Origin: Minisyncoccota bacterium | GTDB taxonomy: Bacteria > Patescibacteriota > Minisyncoccia > Moranbacterales > GCA-2747515 | NCBI GenBank assembly: GCA_937936355.1 | Contig: CALDDM010000008.1 | Coordinates: forward strand, 19,454-83,453 | Direction of reading: 5' to 3' | Length of the DNA stretch: 64,000 nt | Shown here: piece by piece, positions 46,743-56,177 of the stretch | Layout: each line of letters opens with the position of its first letter | Numbering within the stretch: the stretch's first letter is position 1 | Translations under genes and position numbers: made by a program | The notes under the pieces: generated by a model | Told to the model about the DNA's origin: nothing | Seen by the model: only the letters and a program-made list of their open reading frames with translations | The model's database searches: none

Positions 46743-48500
46743 TTACACGGATTCAAAGTCTTTGTCATTCACCTCGTCAGTATCACCTCCTACAAGCATG
46801 CTCCCCTCAGTAACACGCTCGAGCTCCGACATTGTCGTACGACCCAAAAGCACTTTCAAAATACCATCTTGTTTAATGGTGAGAACACCATTTTCTCTTA
46901 CAGCCTTTTCAAGGGAGAGCACATCACCATTTTCTGTAACAATAACCTCTTCCAACTTCTCATCAATTGGAATAACCTCATAAATCGCAAGCCGCCCCTT
47001 CAGACCCAATCCACCACACTCATCACATCCCCCACCCTTGTAAAACTTCAAACCACCAGAGAGATCAAGACCGTACTTCTCAATCTCATTCTCAGGTATA
47101 TTGGCTATAAGTTCGCGGACTTTCGCAAGCATATTGTGCGGTATTTTTTGCTCCTGTTTACAATTCTCACAAATTCTTCGAACAAGTCGCTGAGCTGCAA
47201 TGATCCTGACAGACGAACCAATCAGAAAGGGTTCCACGCCCATATCATGCAATCGCGGCAAAGCACCAACCGCACTATTTGTGTGCACAGTAGAAAAAAC
47301 GAGATGGCCAGTGAGCGCAGCATGGATTGCTAGCTCTGCAGTTTCACCATCACGAATCTCACCAACCATAATGACATCTGGGTCTTGTCGCAAAATACTT
47401 CGTAGTCCACTCGCAAAATTATAGCCTATCTCTGGCTTAACCTGTGACTGATTGATTCCCGGTATAAAATACTCCACCGGATCCTCAAGCGTAATGATAT
47501 TTCCATCCTCTTGGTTAAGGATACTCAAAAAAGCATAAAGTGTTGTTGATTTACCAGATCCCGTCGGCCCTGTCATAAGAATGAGACCAAATGGATCACG
47601 TATATGCTGCATAAATGCATCATACTGAGAGCCCATCAAACCAAGCTTACTCAAGTCGAAACTCTGTCGATCTTTCTCCAAAACACGCATTACAATCTTC
47701 TCACCCTCGACAACTGGCAGCGTTGATACGCGAAAATCAACCGCATTACCTTTTTCTGTTACACGAAACCGACCATCTTGCGGCTTTCGCTTCTCATCAA
47801 TCTTGAGTGTTGCAAGGATCTTTATACGTGATGTCACCGCACGTCCAACCTCACTTGGAAATGTAAGTGACGCATGCAAAACACCATCCACACGAAATCG
47901 GACACGATATGTGTTATCAATTGGCTCGATATGAATATCAGAGGCACCGCCATCAAGCGCATGTCGAATAATTACTTGTACAAGCTTGGCAACTGGCGCA
48001 TCTTGAATATTTTCCTTTGAGAGAAGATCTGGAGAACCCTTCTTTCGTTTCTTCGCATGAAAATCCTCCGCCTCATCTTCTAGCGATTGCACAGCACTCT
48101 CAACAGCCTTCTCTGCTCCACCATACATTTTTTGCAAATCTTCAATTACATCATCAGATGCAAGATAAACTTCTATACTTAGCTTTTCTTTCTGTGCAAG
48201 AAATCGTAAAATATTTAATGAATGAAGATCCTGAGGATCAGTCATTGCGGTATGCAAAGTACCAGCTTTTTTATCACGAAAAAAAGTTACAATACCGTAG
48301 CGATGTGATACCTCCTCCGAAATCAGTTGCACATCTTCAGCAACAGCATTTTTTGGCATACTTGTCAGCAAGATAATACCAAGGGACTTAGCTTTCTGCT
48401 GTAAAGCATCTGTAGCACTACCTTGTTTCTGGGCATTTTCCTTTTTTTGTGCGTCCCCCTGAGAGCCCTCAGCAGTCGACACTTGTGTTTGTTCGGTCAT
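46743..48500 (-). CDS. pilB: type IV pilus extension ATPase (GspE/PilB family)
   Basis: 585-aa ORF with an N-terminal T2SSE_N/MshEN-like domain, Walker A GPTGSGKST, the His box TGHLVFSTVHTN and a tetra-Cys motif (CENC...CDEC). Confidence 0.92.
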   Translation of the reverse strand: MTEQTQVSTAEGSQGDAQKKENAQKQGSATDALQQKAKSLGIILLTSMPKNAVAEDVQLISEEVSHRYGIVTFFRDKKAGTLHTAMTDPQDLHSLNILRFLAQKEKLSIEVYLASDDVIEDLQKMYGGAEKAVESAVQSLEDEAEDFHAKKRKKGSPDLLSKENIQDAPVAKLVQVIIRHALDGGASDIHIEPIDNTYRVRFRVDGVLHASLTFPSEVGRAVTSRIKILATLKIDEKRKPQDGRFRVTEKGNAVDFRVSTLPVVEGEKIVMRVLEKDRQSFDLSKLGLMGSQYDAFMQHIRDPFGLILMTGPTGSGKSTTLYAFLSILNQEDGNIITLEDPVEYFIPGINQSQVKPEIGYNFASGLRSILRQDPDVIMVGEIRDGETAELAIHAALTGHLVFSTVHTNSAVGALPRLHDMGVEPFLIGSSVRIIAAQRLVRRICENCKQEQKIPHNMLAKVRELIANIPENEIEKYGLDLSGGLKFYKGGGCDECGGLGLKGRLAIYEVIPIDEKLEEVIVTENGDVLSLEKAVRENGVLTIKQDGILKVLLGRTTMSELERVTEGSMLVGGDTDEVNDKDFESV

Positions 48501-48535
48501 ATAAGATTGAGCAAGCTAGATAAATGAGTATAGAG

Positions 48536-49234
48536 CTACGGTATAAATGGATTTTGACGCTGACCACCAACAAGAGAAATAGGTTCAGTTGTCTTAGTAA
48601 CTTCTTGAAGCGCTTTCACACTTTCAAATGAGATGTGGTCCTGGAAGTCACTCGCATTAATTTTAGGTACTACCCCAACATGTGCAAAACGAAACTGCAC
48701 ATTAGCGCTTATAGTGTTAGGGTCACCTTCGGCTCGACCAAACTCATCATTCTGATCCTCGGCTTTAGCGATTGTTCCTGCAGCAAAGTCATAGACACGT
48801 GTGATACGAGCTGTATCAGCAAGAAATGCCATGATCTGACCAAATTCACCATCAACTGAAACAGAAGCGTCCGTTGGTATACTTGTCATTTCTTCTCCAA
48901 AACTATTCGCATTAGACTTTTGAGAAACACTCAGCTCTGTGATTGCCACACCGTGTCGTGATGCCATTTTCGACATGGCATTAACAATCTCATGCTCGCT
49001 GGCATTACTTGGAACATAAGTATTGAGAAAACTAACTTCTGCTTGATGTTGATCAATTTGTGCAATAAAATTCTTTACCTCATTGAGCTGATTTTCGAGA
49101 TCTGTGAGCTGCTTTTTCTTATCCTCATTCACAACTTGCTCCGATCTTGCAGCTCTAAATTCAGGTATCGCTAACCCCAACACAATATAGAGAGCAGCGA
49201 TCAATACAATTGGAAAGAATATAATGGTTTTCAT
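48536..49234 (-). CDS. PilO-like bitopic pilus alignment protein
   Basis: It has one TM segment, a coiled coil (KKKQLTDLENQLNEVKNFIAQIDQHQ) and an alpha/beta core, and occupies the pilO position. I chose the ATG at 49234; the ORF track starts at a TTG at 49255. Confidence 0.55.
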   Translation of the reverse strand: MKTIIFFPIVLIAALYIVLGLAIPEFRAARSEQVVNEDKKKQLTDLENQLNEVKNFIAQIDQHQAEVSFLNTYVPSNASEHEIVNAMSKMASRHGVAITELSVSQKSNANSFGEEMTSIPTDASVSVDGEFGQIMAFLADTARITRVYDFAAGTIAKAEDQNDEFGRAEGDPNTISANVQFRFAHVGVVPKINASDFQDHISFESVKALQEVTKTTEPISLVGGQRQNPFIP

Positions 49235-49276
49235 GTCGTTATAGATAATAATCAAAAGTATCCGAGCTCATATATA

Positions 49277-49909
49277 CTAAAGGTCTAATGTCGGGTCAAT
49301 AAAGCCATCCTCCGTGACAGCGGCAGAAGCACTTCCCAAATCAATCTCGCTAAAGATACCACGCGACTCGGCAGGTATCTCAACCTGCGCAGAAAAAAGA
49401 ATGAAACCAGTCTCTTCATCACGACTCATCTGACCAAGACTCACAGAGGAAAACTCTTCATAAGACTTCCATGCAGCAATCTGAGCAGCAACCTCATCGT
49501 ATTGACGAGCATCTGCAACAATATCAAGCTGTGATTCGCCGCCATCACCAATTGTTTGCCCAACTGACTGCAAAACAATACCTGGAACAATCGATTGTGA
49601 GAAATGCGAAACAACACCATCCAAAAAGACCCCCCGATAAAGGGTATTAGACACAGCACGAGATCGTGCAATATATTCTTGTGGAGGTCCATTCACCTCT
49701 GTATTAATTGCGCTCCGCGTTGAGTCTATTGACTGTGTTAGCTTTGCAGATGTTTTGTCTACTGAAGACTTGTAGAAATATGCAGCTCCCCACAAAGCAA
49801 GCGCCATACAAATAATGCCAAAAAGCAATGCAATACCTCCCGCAGCTGCACGTGAGCTTGTTTTAATTCTTTCTTCGGGTGTATTTTTAAAACTAACGCC
49901 TGATACCAT
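49277..49909 (-). CDS. PilN-like bitopic pilus alignment protein
   Basis: 210-aa ORF with a short cytoplasmic N-terminus, one TM segment and a periplasmic-type domain. It lies directly after pilM. Confidence 0.55.
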   Translation of the reverse strand: MVSGVSFKNTPEERIKTSSRAAAGGIALLFGIICMALALWGAAYFYKSSVDKTSAKLTQSIDSTRSAINTEVNGPPQEYIARSRAVSNTLYRGVFLDGVVSHFSQSIVPGIVLQSVGQTIGDGGESQLDIVADARQYDEVAAQIAAWKSYEEFSSVSLGQMSRDEETGFILFSAQVEIPAESRGIFSEIDLGSASAAVTEDGFIDPTLDL

Positions 49910-49980
49910 ATTTTTATATTAGTAGAGCTATATTTTTTACGACATAAACATTACTACGTGCAATAGTGCCAACATCTTAT

Positions 49981-51057
49981 CTATGAATCACCTTCATTTT
50001 TTTCTGCAGATCGCAGCGCAAGCCCAATAGCAACAGCGAGAGCAGATCCTGTTTTTTCCTCTACATATCGCGCAACTTTTGGATCCATAACAACCCGACT
50101 CAATGGATTCCCAATTGTCACTTTCAAATTTGTAGCTGCGGCCACATATTCAACAAGACCAGCAAGTTTTGCGCTGCCACCAGAGAGAACAATCGCATCA
50201 ATCGCAGCACCGCCCTCTTGCATCGCCAAAATTCTTTGCACCTCACCGATAATATAGTCAAGTGAAGGAAACATAATAGGCATCGGTCCAGAAAAAAAGT
50301 TTTTTCCACCCTCTTTCATTTCATGAGCTCGCTTTGGGTCAATGTTGAGATTTTCAGCAATTGTTGATGTGAGATCAGTTCCACCGACATCAATATTTCG
50401 ATTAAGATGGACATTACCATCCTCAACAAGAACAAGATTTGTTGTTTTTGACCCAACATCCAAAAGGATATAACGCCCCTTATCATTCCCTACAAGAGAG
50501 CGAACAAGTGCAAATGTCTCTAACTCCAATGAGTCAACCTTAACATCAGTCCCTTCAAATAAGTTGTCATAATACTGCACCTCACTTTTTGGAGCAGCAA
50601 CAAGTATAACCTTCATCTTTTTATTCGCCTCATCCACACTTGTACGATCCCAGCTAATATTGACATCCTCCAAGGAAGTTGGAATATATTTCCGTGCTTC
50701 ATATTGAATTGCCTGCGCCAACTCTGCATCATTCATCAGCGGAAAATCAACCGTCATTACCAAGCCATTGAAAGCCGGTATTGCAACATTTACATTAGTA
50801 GCCTTAGGATCAACACTCGCAAGCAAAGCTCGCAACGCACGCCGCAAAAGCTCAGCATAGTCAGGTGAGCCTTGCTCCTGACCATTTGCAACGGCTGAAA
50901 CATCAACTGGGTCATTTGCCACCTGATCCAGAGTAACCCACCCATAATTCACAAGCTCAACCTTATCTTTTTTCGTGCGAATTTCTACAGCCTTAACGGA
51001 GCGTGTGCCAAAATCGACACCGACATAATAGTCTTCATTTTGAGAACCAAAAAACAT
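49981..51057 (-). CDS. pilM: type IV pilus assembly ATPase-fold protein PilM
   Basis: 358-aa actin/FtsA-like ORF with YVGVDFGTRSVKAVE, LLDVGSKTTN and VLSGGSAKLAGL motifs. Confidence 0.85.
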   Translation of the reverse strand: MFFGSQNEDYYVGVDFGTRSVKAVEIRTKKDKVELVNYGWVTLDQVANDPVDVSAVANGQEQGSPDYAELLRRALRALLASVDPKATNVNVAIPAFNGLVMTVDFPLMNDAELAQAIQYEARKYIPTSLEDVNISWDRTSVDEANKKMKVILVAAPKSEVQYYDNLFEGTDVKVDSLELETFALVRSLVGNDKGRYILLDVGSKTTNLVLVEDGNVHLNRNIDVGGTDLTSTIAENLNIDPKRAHEMKEGGKNFFSGPMPIMFPSLDYIIGEVQRILAMQEGGAAIDAIVLSGGSAKLAGLVEYVAAATNLKVTIGNPLSRVVMDPKVARYVEEKTGSALAVAIGLALRSAEKNEGDS

Positions 51058-51237
51058 ATGTATAGTGTAGTCGTACTTTCATCGCTTTTACCGCCCATGA
51101 AAACTGTATCAATCCAAGCGAATATGAAAGTATTTTTATTTTATTTTCTATCTTTATTTGTATCTCTAAATAGCTGTTCCATTATAACATAATTTTTTTT
51201 ACAAAACGCAACATCGAATTCCGATGTGTATAACCGC

Positions 51238-51275
51238 ACCCACCCCCTTTCATTACCAAGCCCACCCCTTTCCCC
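51238..51275. repeat. twin C-rich boxes (CCCACCCC(C)TTTC, two copies)
   Basis: CACCCACCCCCTTTC (51237-51251) and GCCCACCCCTTTCCCC (51260-51275) lie in the AT-rich pilM/clpC divergent intergenic region. The minus strand carries four G3-5 runs. Confidence 0.5.
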
Positions 51276-51409
51276 TCATATCTTTTTATGATACGATAAT
51301 TTGTCAATCTATGTTGTCTAACATACTTTTTTGTAGATGGTATAATGACCATGTGCTATCCAATGTACAATACGCACTTACACATGCACATCATATTAAC
51401 TCTTCTGAC

Positions 51410-54034
51410 ATGAAAGATCTCGACCAATCAATTACAAAACGCCTCACCAACCATGCGCGACAGAGCCTTTTACAGGCACAAAAAATCACGCACGCGGCAC
51501 ATCTGACAACAATGCAGACCGACCATCTTTTGTATGGTATTTTTTTGCAAAAAGGAAGCGTCGGATCAACGATTTTACATAACATGAATCTCAAAAAACA
51601 TCACTTTGAGAAAGAAATTTTTCGCAATGACAACAAGCAGAAAAATAAACCTAAGACAAAAAAGAATCAGCTTACGTCAAAAGCCCTCCCCTTAAATGTA
51701 CATGTGAAATCTGCTATTACTGGCGCATATGCTGCTTCAGCTGACTTCGGATACCCCTATGTAGGAACAGAACACCTTGTTTATGCCCTTCTCGGAAAAC
51801 CAAGTTCCAATATCAGAAAAATAATTGCTCATTGCGGTAGTCAAAAAATCAAATCAGTCAAAAAAAAGAAGGCACCAAAGGCATCTCCAAAAAATGAAAT
51901 CTCTACAACGAACAATGACAATCTCGGAGCATCTGAGCCCAAATCAAATAGTATTCATGCTGGTCCCAACGGATTCTCACCAGACATGCTCTCACAAATC
52001 GGCCATATACTCGGAAGCGAAGGCATTGGCGCACATAAATCACAAGAAGAAGAATTCAGTGGCGCCCTTGACCAATTTGCAATCGATACAGCAGATACTT
52101 CAGATCACCATGCATTTGTCGGCTATGCCAAAATTGTCGATCGCATCACCACAACACTCGGTCGTAAAAATAAGAATAACCCCCTACTTGTAGGTGAGCC
52201 TGGCGTTGGCAAGACCGCACTCGTCGAACATCTTGCACAACTAGCAAAAAGCGATGATGCCCCCGCACACCTCCGCGGGAAAAAAATTCTCACTCTAGAC
52301 TTGGCACTACTTGTAGCCGGTACAAGCTTTCGCGGAGAATTTGAACAGAGACTCAAAGATGTGATAGCAGAAGCGAGTGCATCGCGTAATACCATTCTTT
52401 TCATCGATGAAATTCATACGATCATTGGCACTGGCAATGCAGGCGGCAGCCTCGATGTTGCAAACATCCTAAAACCCTCCCTTGCACGTGGGGCACTCCA
52501 AATTATTGGCGCAACGACACACACAGAATACAAAAAGCACATCGCAGCTGATCCAGCTCTTTCACGACGATTTCAAAAAGTGCTCCTCACAGAACCTACA
52601 CCACAAGAAGCATACAAGATCCTTCATGGCGCACGAAAATCGTATGAGAAATATCACGGCGTACAATTCTCGCCAGAGAGTTTGCGTGCAGCGGTTGATC
52701 TTTCAATTCGCTACATCCCAGAGCAGTATTTACCTGACAAGGCCTTTGACCTCCTCGATGAAACTGCTGCACGACTTCATGGAGATCACCAAGACAAGGA
52801 CCTATATACATCACTCAGTGCAACCAATAATCTCCTCCATGACCTCGCCGAACAAAAAACAAACCTGCTACGCGCGCAACAATATGACGCAGCAAGCATT
52901 ATACAAAAGCAAGAAATACAAGCACAAAAAAAGAGTGATAAGATACAAAAAAATATTGCCAAACATGAGTCTATTGCAAAGTATCGAGTCACCAAAGAGG
53001 ACATCGTCAATACGTTATCACATACAACTGGCATTCCAAATGATGTATTACTAAGTGATCCCAGCAAACGTATCACGCAAGCTGTATCAAAGCTAAAAAA
53101 GACTATTGTAGGGCAAGATGTAGCGCTAGAAATCATTGGAGATACACTGACACGAGCAGCGCTTGGGCTTAGCAACACACAGAGGCCACAGGGCTCCTTT
53201 CTTTTTCTCGGTCCGACAGGCGTCGGAAAAACTCTGACTGCCAAAACACTCGCGCATGAAATTTTTGGCAGTGACGATGCGCTTATACGCATTGACATGA
53301 GTGAGCTGATGGAACGTCACTCTACGGCACGATTACTTGGTGCGCCTGCTGGCTATGTCGGATATGGCGAAGGTGGGACATTGACAGAAAAAATCAAAAA
53401 GAAACCTTACAGCGTAGTCCTCTTTGACGAGATTGAAAAAGCCCATCCCGATACATTCAATATTCTTTTACAAATCCTCGAAGACGGCACCATAACAGAT
53501 GGTGAAGGTACCACAGCAAATTTCCGCAATGCAATCATTATCCTCACTTCAAACATTGGCGCGACAAACGCGACTGGAGATCATTTAGGATTCAATGCAA
53601 ACGATGCGAACACAAAAAAGAAAGATGTTATCTATGAAAAAGCAGCCGCAGATTTCCTTGCGCCAGAACTCATATCTCGCCTTGATCATGTGGTGACATT
53701 TGCACCATTAAACGTAAAAGATCTTCAAAAAATTACACGAGCTGAAGTCAGGCGAATCGCCAAAAACCTAAAGGCCCGCAACATTACACTCACCTGCAAC
53801 AATACAGCCATCGCGCAAATTACAAATATGGCCATCGAAAACGATGCTCCGGGCGAAGCGCACGCAAGGCGGATTCGCAAATACATCCAAGATACCGTGG
53901 AGAAAGACCTTGCAAATCACCTTTTACAAAACAAAGTATCAGAGATTAAATCAATCACACTCTCTTTCAAAAAAACATCAAAGCAAACCAAAGAGTCAAC
54001 ATCAGGAATACACATCTCATCAAAAAAGTCTTAG
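51410..54034 (+). CDS. clpC: ClpC-type AAA+ unfoldase (Clp_N repeats, two NBDs, ClpP-docking LGF loop)
   Basis: 874 aa counted from the ATG at 51410 (MKDLDQSITKRL...). Walker A motifs are GEPGVGKTA and GPTGVGKT, and the docking loop is GDHLGFNAN. An extended -10 (TGGTATAAT) lies about 60 nt upstream. The ORF-track start at 51224 adds 62 non-homologous codons. Confidence 0.9.
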   Translation: MKDLDQSITKRLTNHARQSLLQAQKITHAAHLTTMQTDHLLYGIFLQKGSVGSTILHNMNLKKHHFEKEIFRNDNKQKNKPKTKKNQLTSKALPLNVHVKSAITGAYAASADFGYPYVGTEHLVYALLGKPSSNIRKIIAHCGSQKIKSVKKKKAPKASPKNEISTTNNDNLGASEPKSNSIHAGPNGFSPDMLSQIGHILGSEGIGAHKSQEEEFSGALDQFAIDTADTSDHHAFVGYAKIVDRITTTLGRKNKNNPLLVGEPGVGKTALVEHLAQLAKSDDAPAHLRGKKILTLDLALLVAGTSFRGEFEQRLKDVIAEASASRNTILFIDEIHTIIGTGNAGGSLDVANILKPSLARGALQIIGATTHTEYKKHIAADPALSRRFQKVLLTEPTPQEAYKILHGARKSYEKYHGVQFSPESLRAAVDLSIRYIPEQYLPDKAFDLLDETAARLHGDHQDKDLYTSLSATNNLLHDLAEQKTNLLRAQQYDAASIIQKQEIQAQKKSDKIQKNIAKHESIAKYRVTKEDIVNTLSHTTGIPNDVLLSDPSKRITQAVSKLKKTIVGQDVALEIIGDTLTRAALGLSNTQRPQGSFLFLGPTGVGKTLTAKTLAHEIFGSDDALIRIDMSELMERHSTARLLGAPAGYVGYGEGGTLTEKIKKKPYSVVLFDEIEKAHPDTFNILLQILEDGTITDGEGTTANFRNAIIILTSNIGATNATGDHLGFNANDANTKKKDVIYEKAAADFLAPELISRLDHVVTFAPLNVKDLQKITRAEVRRIAKNLKARNITLTCNNTAIAQITNMAIENDAPGEAHARRIRKYIQDTVEKDLANHLLQNKVSEIKSITLSFKKTSKQTKESTSGIHISSKKS

Positions 54035-54110
54035 ACCGAGGATGTGCGCAATGTCGCGAAACAAAATAAATACTCCACGTGAAATCTTTGCATGATCATA
54101 AAGTGTCTGT

Positions 54111-54809
54111 ATGTTTACGCGAATATGGGAATATCTACTAAGCTCAATCTTTCCAAAAAGATGCCTTGGATGCAAGGTATTTGATACATGGATTTGTCAT
54201 AGGTGCCATGGCATTTTGGCATTAGCGACGCAGCAACAATGCCCAATATGCACAAACACACTCACTCCATTTGGACAAACATGTCCACAGTGCGTACAAA
54301 AAACTGATGTGGCGCTTGATGGAGTATATGTGGCTTCAACCTATCAAGATCCCCTCCTCAAAAAACTCGTGCATTATTTTAAGTATAAATTTATTCGTGA
54401 GCTAGCGCAGCCTCTCGCACTTCTGCTCGCACAAAGCTTGCGCCATAGCCATCTCCCTGCACCAGACATACTTGTTGCAGTACCCTTACATCACCGACGC
54501 ATGCGATGGCGAGGCTTCAACCAGTCACAAGAACTTCTCAACGCACTTGACCTACAGATTCCTCAAGACTCCAAACACTTGATTCGCAATAAGTTCACAT
54601 CACCACAAGTAAAAAGAGGCACGCGCACTAAACGTCAAAAAAACCTTGTCGGCGCATTCACGGTAACCGATCGCACGATCTTCGATGGAAAAAATGTCCT
54701 TCTCATTGATGACGTGACAACTACCGCAACAACACTCAACGAATGTGCGCGGACATTAAAAAAAGCTGGAGCAAAAAACGTCTCCGGCTTAGTTCTCGCG
54801 AGAGATTAA
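54111..54809 (+). CDS. comF: ComF family (ComFC-like) phosphoribosyltransferase-domain protein
   Basis: 232-aa ORF with an N-terminal double zinc ribbon (CLGC...CHRC...CPIC...CPQC) and a C-terminal PRT motif VLLIDDVTTTATT. Confidence 0.85.
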   Translation: MFTRIWEYLLSSIFPKRCLGCKVFDTWICHRCHGILALATQQQCPICTNTLTPFGQTCPQCVQKTDVALDGVYVASTYQDPLLKKLVHYFKYKFIRELAQPLALLLAQSLRHSHLPAPDILVAVPLHHRRMRWRGFNQSQELLNALDLQIPQDSKHLIRNKFTSPQVKRGTRTKRQKNLVGAFTVTDRTIFDGKNVLLIDDVTTTATTLNECARTLKKAGAKNVSGLVLARD

Positions 54810-54839
54810 CAGGAAAAAACAATTGCAATACAGACGTGA

Positions 54840-55481
54840 TCAGTGTGCTCGATTTCTATAACGCTCAATAAAATGCTCAACAGTTTTGCCAATAAAGTTT
54901 GTGCGTCCAAACTTCCAATGCAAATATCCCAAAAAACTAACAATTGCAGCGCCTAGGGCATCGACAATCAAATCGCCCATTGTATCCTGAAGACTTTTTT
55001 GCATATAGGTATCAAAGATTCTATCAATACTAAACTCAAAAATCTCCCATGCAGCACCTATGGCAAGGGCAAATGTAAAGCCAAAGACCGCCACAACACT
55101 ATCAATCGCGTCAATTGTTTTAGCACTCTGCATCATACGCATAGAACCAAGACCGATGAGACCAAAAATCATCGCACTTACCATGTGCAGTGCAACATCC
55201 CACCAAGCAAACAACTCATAAAAGTCATGGATTTCACCGAGAAAAAGAGATGCATATGCAAAAAGTACAATCAAAAGAGATATAATGCGCGGCAAACGGA
55301 TCGCATACCATTTATTGAGCAATGTTGGCACAGCCGTAAAAAAGAGTGTCAACATAATCACAAAGAGAATCGCCCATTGCCCATGAGAAAACGCAAAGCC
55401 AGCGCCCAGCACAAGTGTGGACCACACGAAAACGGTTACCCCCCTTGCTGAAAACAAAAATTGCAGTACGTGATGCAGCAT
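54840..55481 (-). CDS. polytopic membrane protein, family not recognised
   Basis: 213-aa ORF with about six hydrophobic helices. Confidence 0.65.
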   Translation of the reverse strand: MLHHVLQFLFSARGVTVFVWSTLVLGAGFAFSHGQWAILFVIMLTLFFTAVPTLLNKWYAIRLPRIISLLIVLFAYASLFLGEIHDFYELFAWWDVALHMVSAMIFGLIGLGSMRMMQSAKTIDAIDSVVAVFGFTFALAIGAAWEIFEFSIDRIFDTYMQKSLQDTMGDLIVDALGAAIVSFLGYLHWKFGRTNFIGKTVEHFIERYRNRAH

Positions 55482-55534
55482 GCTACTAACTCACTATGTT
55501 ATTGACGGGAACCTCTCAAGCGATCATTCATTAT

Positions 55535-56122
55535 TCATTCAGACATAATCTCATCAAGAATCTCCTGCCTACCCCGACTCTTTGATGCGCTAGCTGGCAC
55601 AATTATAACATCTTCTGGTAATTCAGATTGTATATTCACAAGCGCGTGATGCAGAGATTTTTGATTGAGCTTATCGCATTTGTTGGCAACAACAATAAAT
55701 GGATGATTATACTGCTCAAGCACGCCAATCATCTCACGATCAAATTCTTGCAAACCAATTTTTGCATCAACAATCAAAACGGTTTTAGTGATTACTACCT
55801 CACCAGAGACAAAAAACCACAAAATTAATTTCCGCAATTTCTCTCGATATTTCATGCCAAGCTTTGCATATCCATAGCCAGGAAGATCAACAAAATAAAT
55901 CTCTTCATTCACCAAAAAGTAATTTATCATCTGCGTTTTCCCTGGTGTTGAACTTGAACGCACGAGACTCTTTTGTCCAGTAAGCATATTGATCAAGCTT
56001 GACTTTCCTACATTTGAGCGACCAACAAAAGCTATCTGTGGCTTCTCGTCACCAATAACATTATGAGAACCTACGACACTCTGAACAAAATGCGCATTTT
56101 TTACGATATGATCCTTCTTCAT
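55535..56122 (-). CDS. engB: ribosome-biogenesis GTPase YsxC/EngB
   Basis: 195-aa ORF with G1 GRSNVGKSSLIN, G2 PGKTQ, G3 DLPGYG and G4 NKCDK. Confidence 0.9.
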   Translation of the reverse strand: MKKDHIVKNAHFVQSVVGSHNVIGDEKPQIAFVGRSNVGKSSLINMLTGQKSLVRSSSTPGKTQMINYFLVNEEIYFVDLPGYGYAKLGMKYREKLRKLILWFFVSGEVVITKTVLIVDAKIGLQEFDREMIGVLEQYNHPFIVVANKCDKLNQKSLHHALVNIQSELPEDVIIVPASASKSRGRQEILDEIMSE

Positions 56123-56177
56123 TCTGTACAGTCAATAAAATTACATGATACCCCCCCCGAATAAAATGGATGAATAT

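Noticed and set aside
51300-51345. CtsR operator upstream of clpC (TTGTCAA...TTGTCTA direct repeat)
   Set aside because: The heptads differ from the GGTCAAA consensus. The repeat period is about 13 nt, not the 10-nt tandem arrangement of CtsR boxes. No ctsR gene is nearby.
51224-51409. 62-codon 5' extension of the clpC ORF (ORF-track start)
   Set aside because: The extension (MCITAPTPFHYQAHPFPL...) covers the promoter region (TGGTATAAT) and the C-rich repeats and has no Clp_N similarity. The ATG at 51410 begins a proper Clp_N repeat.
52786-53298. 170-aa minus-strand ORF
   Set aside because: It is antisense to clpC NBD2 and the M-domain region. It is a shadow ORF.
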